Below the pieces are notes generated by a model. The model was not told where the DNA came from and did not search any database. It was given only the letters and a program-made list of their open reading frames with translations. Positions 37,161 to 50,079 of a stretch of DNA of 64,000 nucleotides are shown here, in pieces. A program made the translations under genes and the position numbers. Every line of letters begins with the position of its first letter. Position 1 is the stretch's first letter. The DNA lies in the NCBI GenBank assembly GCA_030324005.1, contig JARDVH010000073.1, forward strand, positions 39,438,329 through 39,502,328. The letters are read 5' to 3'. Source of the DNA: Negaprion brevirostris. Its lineage: Eukaryota.

Positions 37161-37802
37161 CGTGGAGATGCTGGCGTTGGACTGGGGTAAACACAGTAAG
37201 AAGTCTCACAACACTAGGTTAAAGTCCAACAGGTTCATTTGTAGCAAATGCCACTAGCTTTCGGAACTGANNNNNNNNNNNNNNNNNNNNNNNNNNNNNN
37301 NNNNNNNNNNNNNNNNNNNNNNNNNNNNNNNNNNNNNNNNNNNNNNNNNNNNNNNNNNNNNNNNNNNNNNNNNNNNNNNNNNNNNNNNNNNNNNNNNNNN
37401 NNNNNNNNNNNNNNNNNNNNNNNNNNNNNNNNNNNNNNNNNNNNNNNNNNNNNNNNNNNNNNNNNNNNNNNNNNNNNNNNNNNNNNNNNNNNNNNNNNNN
37501 NNNNNNNNNNNNNNNNNNNNNNNNNNNNNNNNNNNNNNNNNNNNNNNNNNNNNNNNNNNNNNNNNNNNNNNNNNNNNNNNNNNNNNNNNNNNNNNNNNNN
37601 NNNNNNNNNNNNNNNNNNNNNNNNNNNNNNNNNNNNNNNNNNNNNNNNNNNNNNNNNNNNNNNNNNNNNNNNNNNNNNNNNNNNNNNNNCCCAATGTACC
37701 ATGCCTCGGGACATCCTTTTCTGCAGCATATCAGGTAAATAATGTTGGCTGAGGTGCAAGAGTATGTATTGTGTACCTGGTGGATGGTGTTCTCACGTGA
37801 GA
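37161..37802 (-). mobile_element. Penelope-like element (family 1), 5'-truncated, centre in a gap
   Basis: Minus strand translates SRENTIHQVHNTYSCTSANIIYLICCRKGCPEAWYIG. 3' end ccagcatctccacg. Flanked by direct repeat gacagta (37154-37160 and 37803-37809). Confidence 0.9.
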
Positions 37803-38650
37803 GACAGTAGACAGGGAATCGGGAAAATCAGCTGCTCCTGCTTTTAATAGGGAAAGCTTTAAGTGGGGAAAGATTCAATAAAGAAAAAAGGGTTACAAGT
37901 GCAAATTAGATTGCTTCCCCCAAAAAGTTGCAGTGATATTCAAATGATTTATTCAACAGATGAGTTGTAAAAACATCAATTCATGGCGATATGCTTTGGT
38001 AATTGCAAACTGCTTTGCTGCCCAATCTACACCTCAGGGGTCAATTATGTATCAGTGCTGCAAAATTCAGTTTGATATTGAATAAAACTTTTTATGGTAG
38101 TACGGCATTGTTTAATAATGCCTTTTTGAAGCTCCCTATTATCTCTGATCTCCCTATATATACAGCACAGTTTGATATCAAAGCACCTCAGGCACTCTAA
38201 TCAAGAGCAGCATCATGCTTACTGATGCTTTCACTGTCAGATCTAGAACACTTCAACACTATTAACATTTTCAGTGTTTAAACAGTGTCAACTTTCAAAA
38301 TTTAATGAGTGGCTGTTAATACAGTATTTTCCACTAACGAGATTCAGGTATAGTCACCTCTGTCTTTCTCAAAACAGTGCCTATTCCAACCACAATTTAA
38401 AGAAAATCAACAGTAAATTATTTAAAATACAACATCTGTTGACAGCATTTTTTTGTTCGGAATCTTGTAAAGTTGAGTTGAACTAGTCAAACAAATCATT
38501 TTCTGAAATTTGGTGATGATTTCAATTTGCCAAATTCTGCACTACTTTTGTGCATCCTCAGTTGCACATTTTTTCCATTTTTCCAAAAAAAACTTCTTAA
38601 TTGATAACAAAAATGCAGAAAAATGCTCAATGTGAAAGATATGAATTTAA

Positions 38651-38745
38651 TCTGAACAAGAGTCATACAGGCTCAAAACATTAACTCTATTTCTTTCTCC
38701 ACAGATGCTGCCAAACTGCTGAGTTTTTCCAGCATTTTTTCTCTT
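38651..38745 (+). mobile_element. Penelope family 2 3' end fragment
   Basis: tctgaacaagagtcatacaggctcaaaacatt...ctccacagatgctgcc..ctgctgagtttttccagca, same family as 63485-63570 and, reversed, 32295-32350. Confidence 0.65.
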
Positions 38746-38749
38746 TATC

Positions 38750-38910
38750 ATTTAGAGTTATAACTGCTGTCTTTCATGACCTCAGGATGTCCCAAATCAC
38801 TACAGTCTATTAAGTACTTTTTGAAGTATAGTCACTGCTGTAATGTCATAAACATGACAGCCAGTTTGTCAGTATATAGATGGGTTCCACAAACAACAAT
38901 GTTTCAGAAT
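38750..38910 (-). mobile_element. L2/Deu-SINE-type 3' tail fragment
   Basis: tttcatgacctcaggatgtcccaaa...acttttgaagtatagtc, also present at 55490-55565. Confidence 0.55.
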
Positions 38911-41778
38911 TAATTGTGTGGTTCTCAAAGTATTAACACAAACCAGGACAGTATTTCAGTGGCCAAGTTTATTTTGGTTAAATTCTGCTGACAGCGTGTT
39001 TTCAAAACGCAAACTCTTCCTTTATACACTAACCCAAGAAAACCAATGCAGTGCATTGAATTATGTAGAAATAGCTGAGAAAACAAGAAATGTATTGATA
39101 TTTTAAATGTCTGATTTTATTGCACACATACTATGGAAACCTACTGAATAAAAATAATACTCAATCTATTCTCCCTACTCCAACCTGATGATGATGATGG
39201 AGGTGATGACAAATCTCCTTTGGTATATTATCCCTTTACAGTAAACACATCAGTCACTTCTAATGACAGAACTAGCCTCCCTTAGCAACATTGTTTTCAT
39301 GTCTTTATTAATCATTCCTCACAAAGGCATTCAAGTTTTCTTGCGATTATTCATCCTTAGTTTTGAAATGTTTTAATACTTATGCTGTTTTTTCATTTTT
39401 GGATTGGATCTGGGGGAACGGGAGATTGGAAACAGACTGTAATTGGGAAGGAGCTAGGACATTGGGCATTAGAGATATTCAGAGTATCAGTGGAATAATA
39501 GGCATTAGATTTATGAACTAAGGTAAAGGAATTATTGAGAAATAGATTCCAGGTTTATAGTATTGGGGATGGGAAGAGGAAATCAAGGCAAAACATGGGG
39601 GAAAATGAGTTTTCCAATTTGTTGATATATTCCAGCATATGAGCTGTAGCAGGACTGTCAACGGAGGCTGGTCCACCAGCCTGTTGGAGATGAGGGTGAG
39701 GAATGAGGATCAGAGGCAGTCGAGCTTGAAATGTGGTTGAGATTTGCTTTGGGTTTCTCAACTTTTTGACCTTTTTGTTTCTGGCAATAATATGAGCAAA
39801 GGGAACTGCAGTCACCATACTCCCATTCATTGGCATCAGCCAGCAGCCCATTCTGTTGGCAGCTTGAAGCTTAGAGCATAGGTGAGGCAGGCACAGTAGG
39901 ACAAGAACCTGGGATTTGCTGGGGGGTAGGGGTTTCATGGTTTCATGTTAGGTTGGAGGAACAACTAATTTCAGGGTGTGAAGACAAATATCACAAATGA
40001 GGCGATGCATGGGTTGTCCGAACTTTTAAAATTGGGTGTGGGATAGGCAAGAATGTTGCTAACTTTTAAAATATCAAGTTTGATTTGGTCAGGCCATTTT
40101 TAAAAAAAAGACAAGATTGAATTGTTCCCCTCATTTCTGACTTAGGGTGTGGTGGGGGATTGAAACTGGGACTGAACCTCAGTGTTAATGCTAGTGCCAG
40201 GTCCCAGTTTGGGACTGGACCACACACTTTGGAATCTGCATCTAAAACTAGAATGAAAATATTACTTCCCACCCAGTGACAGAACCTTACTCTAACCCAG
40301 ACGAGGTGGATTGTGGAAATTACCCTCTGTTTAATTTAGTTGTGGAAATTCCAAATCTATCAAACATGTGCTTCAATTCATTGCACTACTGTACGATATC
40401 ACATATTGCTACAGTTTTTTTCAAAAATGAAAAACACCAAAACAAAATTAAAATCATTAATAATAGATGAGCATCTATCCAGTGTACTCCACATAGCTAC
40501 ATCAAGTGCGTAGGCAGACAAACAAAAATAATGCCAGATGTCACACTAAATCAGTATTTAACATAGTAATGAGAAAGTAAGCTAATCACTTAGTCTTCAC
40601 ATTTGAAACTTATTACGGCATGAGACTTCCCTTATTGATGTGGTTAATGGCGAGATGAAATTCTAAGGCCTCATCTTTCTGAAATTTGCTCACTGGCTCT
40701 GTGAGTGAGCAAAAGAATTGAAATGTGACCCCTCACAAAAGAAGGTTATCATCCCTGAGCCAAAGAGTAATTTGGATGAGATTCAATCACTTGTATGTGT
40801 TATATTAGTTAACCATGAATGGAGAGTAGCAGTTGGGTATTACAATTAGCTTTAATAACTTAGAAATTTAGTTGACTGTGGGGTTGGGATTGGAAGTAGG
40901 TGAGCCTGCAAATTTGTGACACCAGCTGTCTTGCCTGCTTGGTGCCAAGATTCTGACTCTGAGACACTTTTAGAAATGCTAGGTTGAGGTCAGAATGGCT
41001 ACCTATATATTGATGCTTTCTTTGTGCACTGGCTAGGATATCTGTTCGGCATGCAAATTTTGCATACAAGTGAGGCACAGCCATTGCATCAAGGTAACAT
41101 CATGGTGGAAAAGGGGCTGCCATGTTTAAACCTATGAATGGATTGAACCCCCCCACTCCCCAACCCCTTGCACACCCGTTATGGCCACTAGATCATGGTT
41201 GTGGTAGCTAACTGCTGGTTCAAAGTTTTGGTTGCTAGCCAACCCATCAGAGATTGTCCCTCCATGATCATGCCCAGGCAGCTGTGGTCATTTTAAATTT
41301 TAAAATATATGGGGAGATATTCAGCAACCACCCCCCTGCCCCCGCAGCATGTTTCTCGATGGCAGGAGCCATCGGCCAGCAGCGGGATCTTCTGGTCTCG
41401 ACACCGTGAATGGAATTTCCCATTGATTTCATGCCCTGCCATGGGTAGAGCCAGAGAATTATGCCCCTGGTCTTTCCAGAGGTATCTCCACATTGCAGCA
41501 TCCTCTCTCTCTCTCTATTATGAATCAGCAGCTCCCAACCTTGCCCCTGGGGTTACCAGTGTATCAGAACTCAAAGGCCACTCATTGGCCCTCCAGCATC
41601 TAGAGGTCATCCACTGTCCTTAATTAAATTGCGAGCCCACTCTCTTGCCATTAACTGGTTGACACTTGAAAAATGAAGTTGGGCATGTCAGGAAAGCTCT
41701 GAATGGTTTTGACCTAGAACTGGTCCTGATAACATGTCCTGACCTTAGAATAGAAATTCCACCCAATATCTCTGGGCT

Positions 41779-41990
41779 GGGGCATGGTCGGTTGGCTAGA
41801 TGGCTAGAGTGTGAAGCAAAATGACATCCCCTTGCTGGCTGTGGTAGTTCATGGAAACCTCAGTTTTTATCTTGCCTCATGCTTGTAAGTAGTGCCCCTT
41901 AAACTATATACAATTAACTCTCTATCTCTCTCTCTCTCTCAAATAGAGGGAGATGCCTCTGGTACTTTGTAGACTATGGCTAATGACCTA
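41779..41990 (+). mobile_element. tRNA-derived SINE with internal (CT)n
   Basis: Shares gttcatg, cttgcc/gacc..atgcttg, gtgccc and gagatgcct.tggt blocks with 1370-1860, and a gactatgg end with 53288-53475. Confidence 0.5.
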
Positions 41991-42279
41991 TCTCAGGGCC
42001 AGGTAGGAGAGTAATCATTCAGGGTTCCCATTCCTGACCACTCCTCAGAGGAGCAAAATTAAAGTTAAAAATCATCAGGAATAAGTTCTTGAAAACTTCT
42101 CTGTCCTGCAGATGCAATCAAGAAAATCGAGGAAACTGCTGTAAATTGTGGCAAATTGACTTATCTTCTAAAAGAAAATTGGAAATATACTTGAAAAGAC
42201 AAATGGTAAGGCAAGGGGAAAGCTCAGGGAAGTGGAACTAATTGGATAGCTCTTTGTGGTGTAGACATTGTGTTGTTTG

Positions 42280-43594
42280 ATGTTATTATTCTGTGAACTA
42301 GAGATATCAGGAGTGATACACTGACTTCCCCAGATGGTCAGTGGGAATCCCAATGCCCTGATGAATGGGAATGGCCAATGACTCAATGGGGATCAAGGCA
42401 ATCAGGATTCACCTAACCTGATCAGATTGCCACCCAAAGCACTGACCCAGGACCTCACCCTACATGAGTGCTGAATGTTGGCACACCTCATGGAAATTCC
42501 ATCATTCACAGTCCCACACCTGATGAAGGAAGGAGAATCAGAAAGATATGTGCACAAGGATAAGGTGCCCTAGTGACAGCTGAAAGAACTGCTGCCAGAT
42601 GACCCATATCACAGAAACAGATTCACCGCTAAGACACACAAGGATGCTACATAAAAAGGTGTTGCTTGCTTCCACTGCATGCCAGCTGCACCCTCATATC
42701 ATATCCTTATCCCACTGGATGACCCCAAAAACCCACCCCCCCCCCCCCAAGATTTGCTGGGTCACACAAGAGACCTTGATCAAAACGTAGATTTGAAACA
42801 GTGCCTGTGTCACTCAGTACAGCACACCTTCTCCCAGAGATTCACAATGCCTACAGAAAGAAACCTTCAGTCTTCACCACTTTTAGCACATTCAAAAATA
42901 TTCCATAGGGGACGTGAAGAGAGGGATAGATGATGGGGACAGGAGGCCATGATGCAAGAAGAGGGTCCAGGGAAGGCCCAAAGGATGACAATAGGGATCA
43001 CTTGAAGAGGAAATGAGGGAGATGCTGGTAGGCTGGAAGTGTTGATTGTCACATGGCTGTGATGAGGGTCAGGGATGATGCCAGGGGAGGACAAGTGTCT
43101 ACTCACTCTTGAAGCTCTGAGGAAGTTGTTAATTTTCTTCCTGCATTACACTGCATTCCTCCAGTTCAAGCTGTTGCTGCTGACAGCCTCAGCCACCACC
43201 TCCCAGGCATCTGCTGCTGCATTTGCAGGTAGTCTCCTGCCTACTCTGGGGAACAGGGCAACCCTCTTTACGTCAATGGCGTTCAACGTATGGTCCACAT
43301 CCCCATCAAGGGAGTGTGAGGCTGACCTTCTTTCTGCCATCATTCCTGCTGCTGTGACTGTGGACTGTGCAGGAAGTGCTTTTAGGCTGCTCCCACCTGT
43401 TGCCCATTGAGATGATGCCTGACTCCAGTGAATCAGCCACTGCTGGAATCAATGATCATGTGTTTCATGTGGCGGCCAGGCTAGCCAATTTGAATACGCA
43501 GAATGGCTTGTGAAGATAGCTCCCAGTAGGAGCACAATTCACACCTGTTTCACCACCAGCAGGAGCACGGCCTGAATACAGGAGAATTCTGCCC
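42280..43594 (-). mobile_element. Second Harbinger-type derivative with Myb/SANT-like exon 1
   Basis: Terminus GGGCAGAATTCTCC (minus, from 43594). MMAERRSASHSLDGDVDHTLNAIDVKRVALFP...ADAWEVVAEAVSSNSLNWRNAV*CRKKINNFLRASR, then donor GTGAGT at 43106. The left boundary is uncertain. Confidence 0.7.
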
Positions 43595-44194
43595 ATCTTC
43601 CATTCTCAAGAACAGGTCCAACTCCCTTCAGAAGACCTGCTTCAAATCCATTCTTAACTTGTATTCTGGAAATTTAGTCTTGAGTTTGAAGGCTTTCTAA
43701 AATGAAATACTTCCCAGCATCCAAGGATCTCAAAAAAAAATTGACCGTTGTTAATCAGATTTTCCATTTGGTCAGTCTGCTTCTGCTAGCATCCACTCCA
43801 ACTCCAATTTTATATGAATACTTTTTCCTCCTCTCCTCCCTATTTTGTTCAAATATCCTGCTCATATAAACGGATTATGTTACCTGGCAGTCTTCACTAC
43901 TCCAGTGAGGAAAAACAGCATAGGTTGTTAGCTAAGAATTCAAAGCCAATATTATTTTGGGAGCTCGCCTCTGGACCCTTTTAGTGTCTCAATATCCTCA
44001 ATCAAATGATGGGGCCAAATTTGGGCTGTTAACAGAGGGCAGGGGCAGCAGGGGTTTGAATACAAATCACCTTTTCAGCTGGGTTGTGGAAGGAAGCAGT
44101 TACAAACTAATAGAAAAGAAACAGAACAGGAAAACATCCTTGAAATGCACAGGGATGGGTGTTGAATTCTTCCAGCTCACGAACTTTTATGTTG

Positions 44195-44668
44195 TGAAGT
44201 TTACAAGAATGCTTCCAGGGATGAGAAACTTCAGTTTATGAAGATAGATTGTGGAGGCCAGGATTGTTATCCTTGGAGAGGAAAAATACAAGAGGCAATT
44301 TAGTAAAGGTGTTCAAAGTCATGAGGGAACTAGACGGAGTGGATATGGAGAAAATGTTCCCACTCATTAAAGGATCAGAAATGTGAGGGCACAGATTTAA
44401 AGTGATTTGCAAAAGAAGAAAATGTGATCTGAGGAAAAAACTTCTTTGCATAATAAGTGATTCAGGTCTGGAGTGCATTGCCTGAAAGTGTGGTGGAGGT
44501 AAGTTCAATTGAGGTGTTTAAGAATGCATTAGATGATTATTTGAATAGAAACAATGCATACAAGTATGGGGAAAAGGCAGGAAAATGGCAGTTAGTTGGA
44601 GAAGAACCAGTGCAGGCACGATGGGCCAAATGGCTTCCTTCTACACCATAACATTTCTGTGATTCTGA
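44195..44668 (+). mobile_element. CR1 LINE 3' part
   Basis: KFTRMLPGMRNFS and VWSALPESVVEVSSIEVFKNALDDYL. Tail gatgggccaaatggcttccttct...tttctgtgattctga. Confidence 0.85.
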
Positions 44669-45809
44669 CCTGAACTGCTAACTCGTAAGCCTGCCAATAT
44701 GGGATGGAAGCATCCAAAGTTAAACTGTTAAAGTTCTAATCAGCCTGTCAACATCTTTCTGAACCAGGAGGATACATGGAGGGCATAGAGGTGCCATGGG
44801 ATAGCATGAGTGATTTGAGAGAAGATATATGGGGAGGGAAGAATGATCTGAGGTGCTTTTGGTGGGCAGGGAGGTGGGGCGGGGGGTACGGTGATGGTGG
44901 GGGTGAGAGGTGAGGTTGCAGGGGCCATCAGACAAAGTTGAGAGCTTGGCTACTGTGTTGGAGAACAGAGGCAGGCTTTCTAACTGGCTGGCCTCCACTC
45001 ACACTCCAAATACACTACATTGTGGTTCTCAATCTGCACTACAACCCTGACCCTGATGTCAAAAGACATAAAGAAGTCACGGGCTGCTCACTGATGCACT
45101 GTTTCAGGCTTTGTGTAGTTTTCTTATTATTCATGATTACCCATTATGTCCTCAACAGCCTTAACAAGTCCTGGTAAAGAACACAGAATCTGGTCCTAGA
45201 TTTTATTCTTCACTGTTCAGTTTCCATAGTGAGTTTGCCTTCATTCGCGCTGTTGCTGCACAAACACCATTGACTGACACCCTTTGTTTGCATGACAGTG
45301 TGGCTGACTGTTCCTGAACCGTGGAATCATCTTCACAGCAGCATTTAAATAGCTCCTGGAAGGATGACAGCCAAGGCCATAATGTCTTTGATTGTTTGAG
45401 GTCCTTGACCTGATGATATTGTGGTGATGTAATGTGTGATTTATCCCTGACATCACTAGAAAAAACTTGAACACTGACCCAAATCGCTGGAACAGTTTTT
45501 TTCAGTTGCACTTGTGTCGTATCACTGTGAGCTATGGTGTTCTGAGGACTAGAAATAATTTAGAAGTCTAAAAACAGAGCTCAGGAATTAGGTTTTGTTT
45601 GTTGTTTGTTATTTGTTCTTTAAGTTTTTCACTAATGTTCAAAACACAGCACGGAACCTTTGTTCCTTCTGCTGCACAGTGCCAAGTTTGGTAAGTTTTT
45701 CCTGTCCATTTCATAAGGTGGAAGGTTGGAAGCATGCCCAGATAAGTAGGTCTATTTTCAGGTTGAACAATGAGTCTTCATTTTGGCTCAGGAAAATTCA
45801 GTATGCATA

Positions 45810-46523
45810 TTTTGATTTGATTTATTATTGTCACATGTATCAGTACACAGTGAAAAATATTGTTTCTTGTTGCGCTATACAGACAAAGCATACCGTTCAT
45901 AGAGAAGGAAAGAAGACCGCAGAATGTGGTGTTAAGTCATAGCTAGTGTGTAGAGAAAGATCAACTGCGTGCGAGGTAGGTCCACTCAAAAGTCCAATGG
46001 CAGCAGGGAAGAAGCTGTTCTCGAGTCGGTTGGTACGTGACCTCAAACTTTTATATCTTTTTCCCGATGGAAGAAGTGGAAGACAGTATGTCGGGTTGTG
46101 TAGGGTCCTTAATTATATGGCTTCTTCCTGAGGCAGCGGGAAGTGTAGATAGAATCAATGGTTGGGAGGCTGGTTTGCGTGATGGACTGGGCTTTATTCA
46201 TGACCCTTTGTAGTTTCTTGCTCTCTTAGGCACAGCAGGAGCCATACCAAGCTGTGATACAACCAGAAAGAATGTTTTCTGTGGTGCATCTATAAATACT
46301 GGTGAGAGTCGAACTGGACATGCTGAATTTCCATAGTCTGCTGAGAAAATAAAGGTGTTGGTGGGCTTTATTAACTATAGACTCAGCGTGGAGGGACCAG
46401 AACAGGTTGTTGGTGACCCAGACACCTAGAAAGCTGAAGTTCTCAACCACTTCCACTCCACCACCATTGATGCAGGCAAGGATATGTCCTCCACTACACT
46501 TCCTAAAGTCAATAACTATCTCC
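45810..46523 (-). mobile_element. Rex1/Babar 5'-truncated copy
   Basis: VVENFSFLGV...KAHQHLYFLSRLWKF...YRCTTENILSGCITAWYG. Colinear with 14370-15100 and ends in a tcaaa-repeat tail. Confidence 0.9.
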
Positions 46524-47490
46524 TGGTGAGGGCTAGGTCAAGTAAGGTTTTTCCCTCATGCTGGTCCTTCCACCACTTGCCACAGGCACTATGTACGAGC
46601 TATGTCCTTCAGTGCTTGGCTAGCTTGGTCACTAGAGGTGCTACCTAGCCTTCTTTGTTGATGGACATTAAAGGAGTATATTCTGTGTCCATGCTATCCT
46701 CAGTGCTTCTTCCAAGTGTTCAATATGGAGCAGGATTGTACCAGCCAGTGGTTTCCTTATGTTTGGCATGGTGTCAGATGACTTTACAGAATCCAGAATC
46801 AATATTAATCCCACACTCGTTCTCTCCCGACTGCATCTGTCCTACCAGTGGACTGAGGCATATGATTCTGAGAGTATGGGTGTGTCAAGCCTGCTGATTC
46901 ACAAGTCACAGCTACCTCCCTCATTTTTAACAAAAATCACAATATCCCCAGATATTGAAGAAGATTTTGCAGGATCAGCTAGGCCCATGTCCCTTTCACC
47001 CTTTTGAACGCGATAGCCTCAGTTGATGTTGAGTGGTCTGCCTGTTTTTATTATTTTTTCATGGGAAGTGATCATTACTGGCGAGGCCAGCTTTTGCTGC
47101 CGATCTCTAATTGTACTTGAGCTGCCTTCTTGAGTCGCTGCATATCCGGGTGATGTGGGTTCACCCACAATGCTGTTAATAGTGACAATGAAGGCATGGC
47201 GATATAGTTTCAGATCAGGATACTGTGTGGCTTGGAAGGGAACTTCCAGGCAGTGGTCTTCCCATATGTCTGTTTCTCTTGTCCTTCTAGGTGATACAGG
47301 TCAGAAGGTTTGGAAGTTGCTGTCAAAGGCATCTTGCTGAGATCTGCACATGGTACACACTGCTACCACTATGTGCAGGTGATGAAGGGACTGAATGTTT
47401 AAAGGTGCTGGATAAGTGTCATAAGTGGGCTGGATGTTGTTGAGTTTGAGTGTTTTTGAAGCTGCACCCATCCTGGTATGTGGAGAGCAT
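46524..47490 (-). mobile_element. Fragments of the 11836-14192 LINE family (endonuclease piece and 3' piece)
   Basis: 46524-46740 gives FNVHQQRRLGSTSSDQASQALKDIA...GKTLLDLALT. 47045-47490 is reverse-homologous to 13800-14190. Confidence 0.65.
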
Positions 47491-47499
47491 TTCTTTAAA

Positions 47500-47846
47500 G
47501 GCGGCACGGTAGCACAGTGGTTAGCACTGCTGCTTCACAGCTCCAGGGACCTGGGTTCAATTCCCGGCTTGGGTCATCATCTGTGTGGAGTTTGCACATT
47601 CTCCTTGTGTCTGCGTGGGTTTTCTCTGGCTGCTCCGGTTTCCTCCCACAGTCCAAAGATGTGTGGGTTAGGTTGATTGGCTATGCCAAAATTGCCCCTT
47701 AGCGTTCTGGGATGTGTAGGTTAGAAGGATTAGTGGGTAAATATGTAGGGATATATGGGTAGGGAATGGGTGGGATTGTGGTCGGTGCAGACTCGATGGG
47801 CCAAATGGCCTCTTTCTGCACTGTAGGTTTTCTATTCTATTCTATC
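47500..47846 (+). mobile_element. Full-length V-SINE (HE1-like), tail type A
   Basis: ggcggcacggtagcacagtggttagcactgctgc head, gggttcaattccc B box, V core and CR1-type tail ending in (ttcta)n. Confidence 0.92.
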
Positions 47847-48090
47847 TTATTATACTTTTTGTTTGATTAAATTGAGTGACTTGTTAGCTCATTTCAGAGG
47901 GAAGTTTAATAGCATTGGCATGAGTCTAGTCCAGACGAAGGAAGGACTGCAGATTTCCTTTCTGAAAGGACTTTCATGAGCCAGTCAGGTTTTTATAGCA
48001 ATGCCATTACTGATGTTCTGTTTCTCTTCCAGATTTATTTAATTATCTGCATTCAAATTCCCAAACAGCTACAGTGAGGTCTGAACTCAT

Positions 48091-48397
48091 GGTGACACAG
48101 TGTTACCTCACAGCGCCAGGGATCTGGGTTCGATTCCCGACTTGAGTTGCTGCCTGTGTAGAGTTTGCATATTCTTCCCATGTCTGCGTGGATTCTCTTT
48201 GGGTACTCTGGTTTCCTCCCACATTCCAAAAATGTGTGGGTTAGGTGGATTAGTCATGCTAAATTGCCCCTTAGTGTCACGGGGACTAGCTCTGGTCAAT
48301 GCATGGGATTATGGGGATAGGGCCTGGGTGGGATTGTGGCCAGTGTAGACCCAATGGGCTCAATGGCCTTTTTTTGCACCGTAGGATTCTACGATAA
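48091..48397 (+). mobile_element. V-SINE, tail type A
   Basis: cctcacagcgccagggatctgggttcgattccc head, V core and gcaccgtaggattctacga tail. Confidence 0.88.
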
Positions 48398-48529
48398 CCC
48401 TCTATGTTGTCAGCCCAGGCCTCTGGATTNNNNNNNNNNNNNNNNNNNNNNNNNNNNNNNNNNNNNNNNNNNNNNNNNNNNNNNNNNNNNNNNNNNNNNN
48501 NNNNNNNNNNNNNNNNNNNNNNNNNNNNN

Positions 48530-48642
48530 AACCCTTTCTACTTCGACTCCATTGATGTTGATGGCAGCGGCATGATCTCCATTACACTTCTTGAAGTTGA
48601 TGACTATCTTCTTTGTTTTTTCAACATTGTGGGAGAGATTAT
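48530..48642 (-). mobile_element. Rex1/Babar RT fragment next to a gap
   Basis: NNLSHNVEKTKKIVINFKK..DHAAININGVEVERV. Confidence 0.8.
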
Positions 48643-48810
48643 TTAATTTTGTAATTGTGCATGCAGCTGTGTGCATGGAGCATGTGTGACTTGCCATGTG
48701 TTTTTTGACACCAGGCTCAGGTTTTTGTTGCAGTTTGTGAACCACTGTGTAGTGTGTGAGGAGTGAGAGTACGGAGGCAAGCTGGTTAGAAAGCCTGCCT
48801 CTGTTCTCTA

Positions 48811-49252
48811 AGTAAGAAGTCACACAACAACAGGTTAAAGTCCAACAGGTTTATTTGGTAGCAAAAACCACTAGCTTTCAGAGTGCTTGCTGCTCCTTTG
48901 TCAGGTGAGTGGGAGTTCTATTCACAAACAAGTCATATAAAGACACAAACTCAATTTACAAAATAATGGTTGGAACATGAGTCTTTAAAGGTAATCAAGT
49001 CTCAAAGCTACAGACAATGTGAGTTTGAGACTTATTACCTGTAAAGACTCACATTCCAACCATTATTTTGTAAATTGAGTATGTGTCTTTATATGCCCTG
49101 CTTGTGAATAGAATTCCCACTCTCCTGACAAAGGAGCAGCAAGCACCCTGAAAGCTAGTGGCTTTTGCTACCAAACAAACCTGCCGGACTTTAACCTGGT
49201 GTTGTGAGACTTCTTACTGTGTTTACCCCAGTCCAACACTGGCATCTCCACA
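48811..49252. mobile_element. Penelope family 1 foldback insertion (inverted pseudo-LTR pair)
   Basis: Inverted arms 48811-49006 and 49024-49218 with a 17-bp spacer, then a complete 3' end. Flanking direct repeat tctgttctc (48800-48808 and 49253-49261). Confidence 0.9.
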
Positions 49253-50079
49253 TCTGTTCTCCAACACAGCAGCCAAGCTCTCAACATTGTTTAAAGGCTC
49301 CTGAAACTTCACCCCTCACCTTTCTTATCCTCCTCAGCATCCCCCACCATGCACCTCAGATCATCCATGCTACCTTTGTGCCTTCCATGTATCCTCCATA
49401 GCCATTCACCCAGTATGTATTATGTAAATTCTTCAGGAGCTATGAAATAACAATGGGAATTATTTTAAAATGTCTCAAAAAATTAAACTTGCAACAATCT
49501 CAGAAAATCCTGAATGCAAATAAATTTTCATGGATTAAAAAAAACCCAGATTGCCAGGCACAAGCTGAATGGCATCTTTCTGTGCTTGAATGTTCCATAT
49601 TTCTATTTGGAAGCAGGTGAGGAAGATGGTTGATATTCTCTTTTCTCTGTAAATTTTAGGTCATCCAAAACTTTCTGACCTGTGCTGACTCTGCTACCTG
49701 GTATCTTCAATTTAAAGTTCTCAAGTTCTTCTATTTCAGCCTGGAAGTATTCTGTAGCTGTCTGGCCCTTTACAACTGGCCGTCCATTTTGCAAATCCAC
49801 CTGATGGGATGTTTTCTCCAGTGTTAAATCGTTCGGGACTAGTTCCCAAATCAGCCTACATATATTATATCCATTGCAATCAATTGTGCCCTAGGCACAA
49901 GGACTCTTAGTCAATGACATCACAGGAACAAACAAAAAGTGAGGACATCAACATGATAAATGCTCATTTTTTTTCAGTAGTTTTCTTCAACAAGAGCTCT
50001 TCCTTAAATCACTGTTTAACTAAATGCTTTGCTGTCATGCATTAAATGAAATGCTCCATGTAATGTCTCCAGCACAAAA

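Noticed and set aside
34408-37759. Long ORFs at 34408-35043 and 37235-37759, and others containing X runs
   Set aside because: Their length comes from translation through N gaps.
44860-44925. G-quadruplex-capable G runs (also 25376-25410)
   Set aside because: Short G-rich patches without supporting context, and common in these repeats.
47500-47580. tRNA genes at the SINE heads
   Set aside because: A and B boxes run straight into V-SINE cores, with no intact cloverleaf or terminator.
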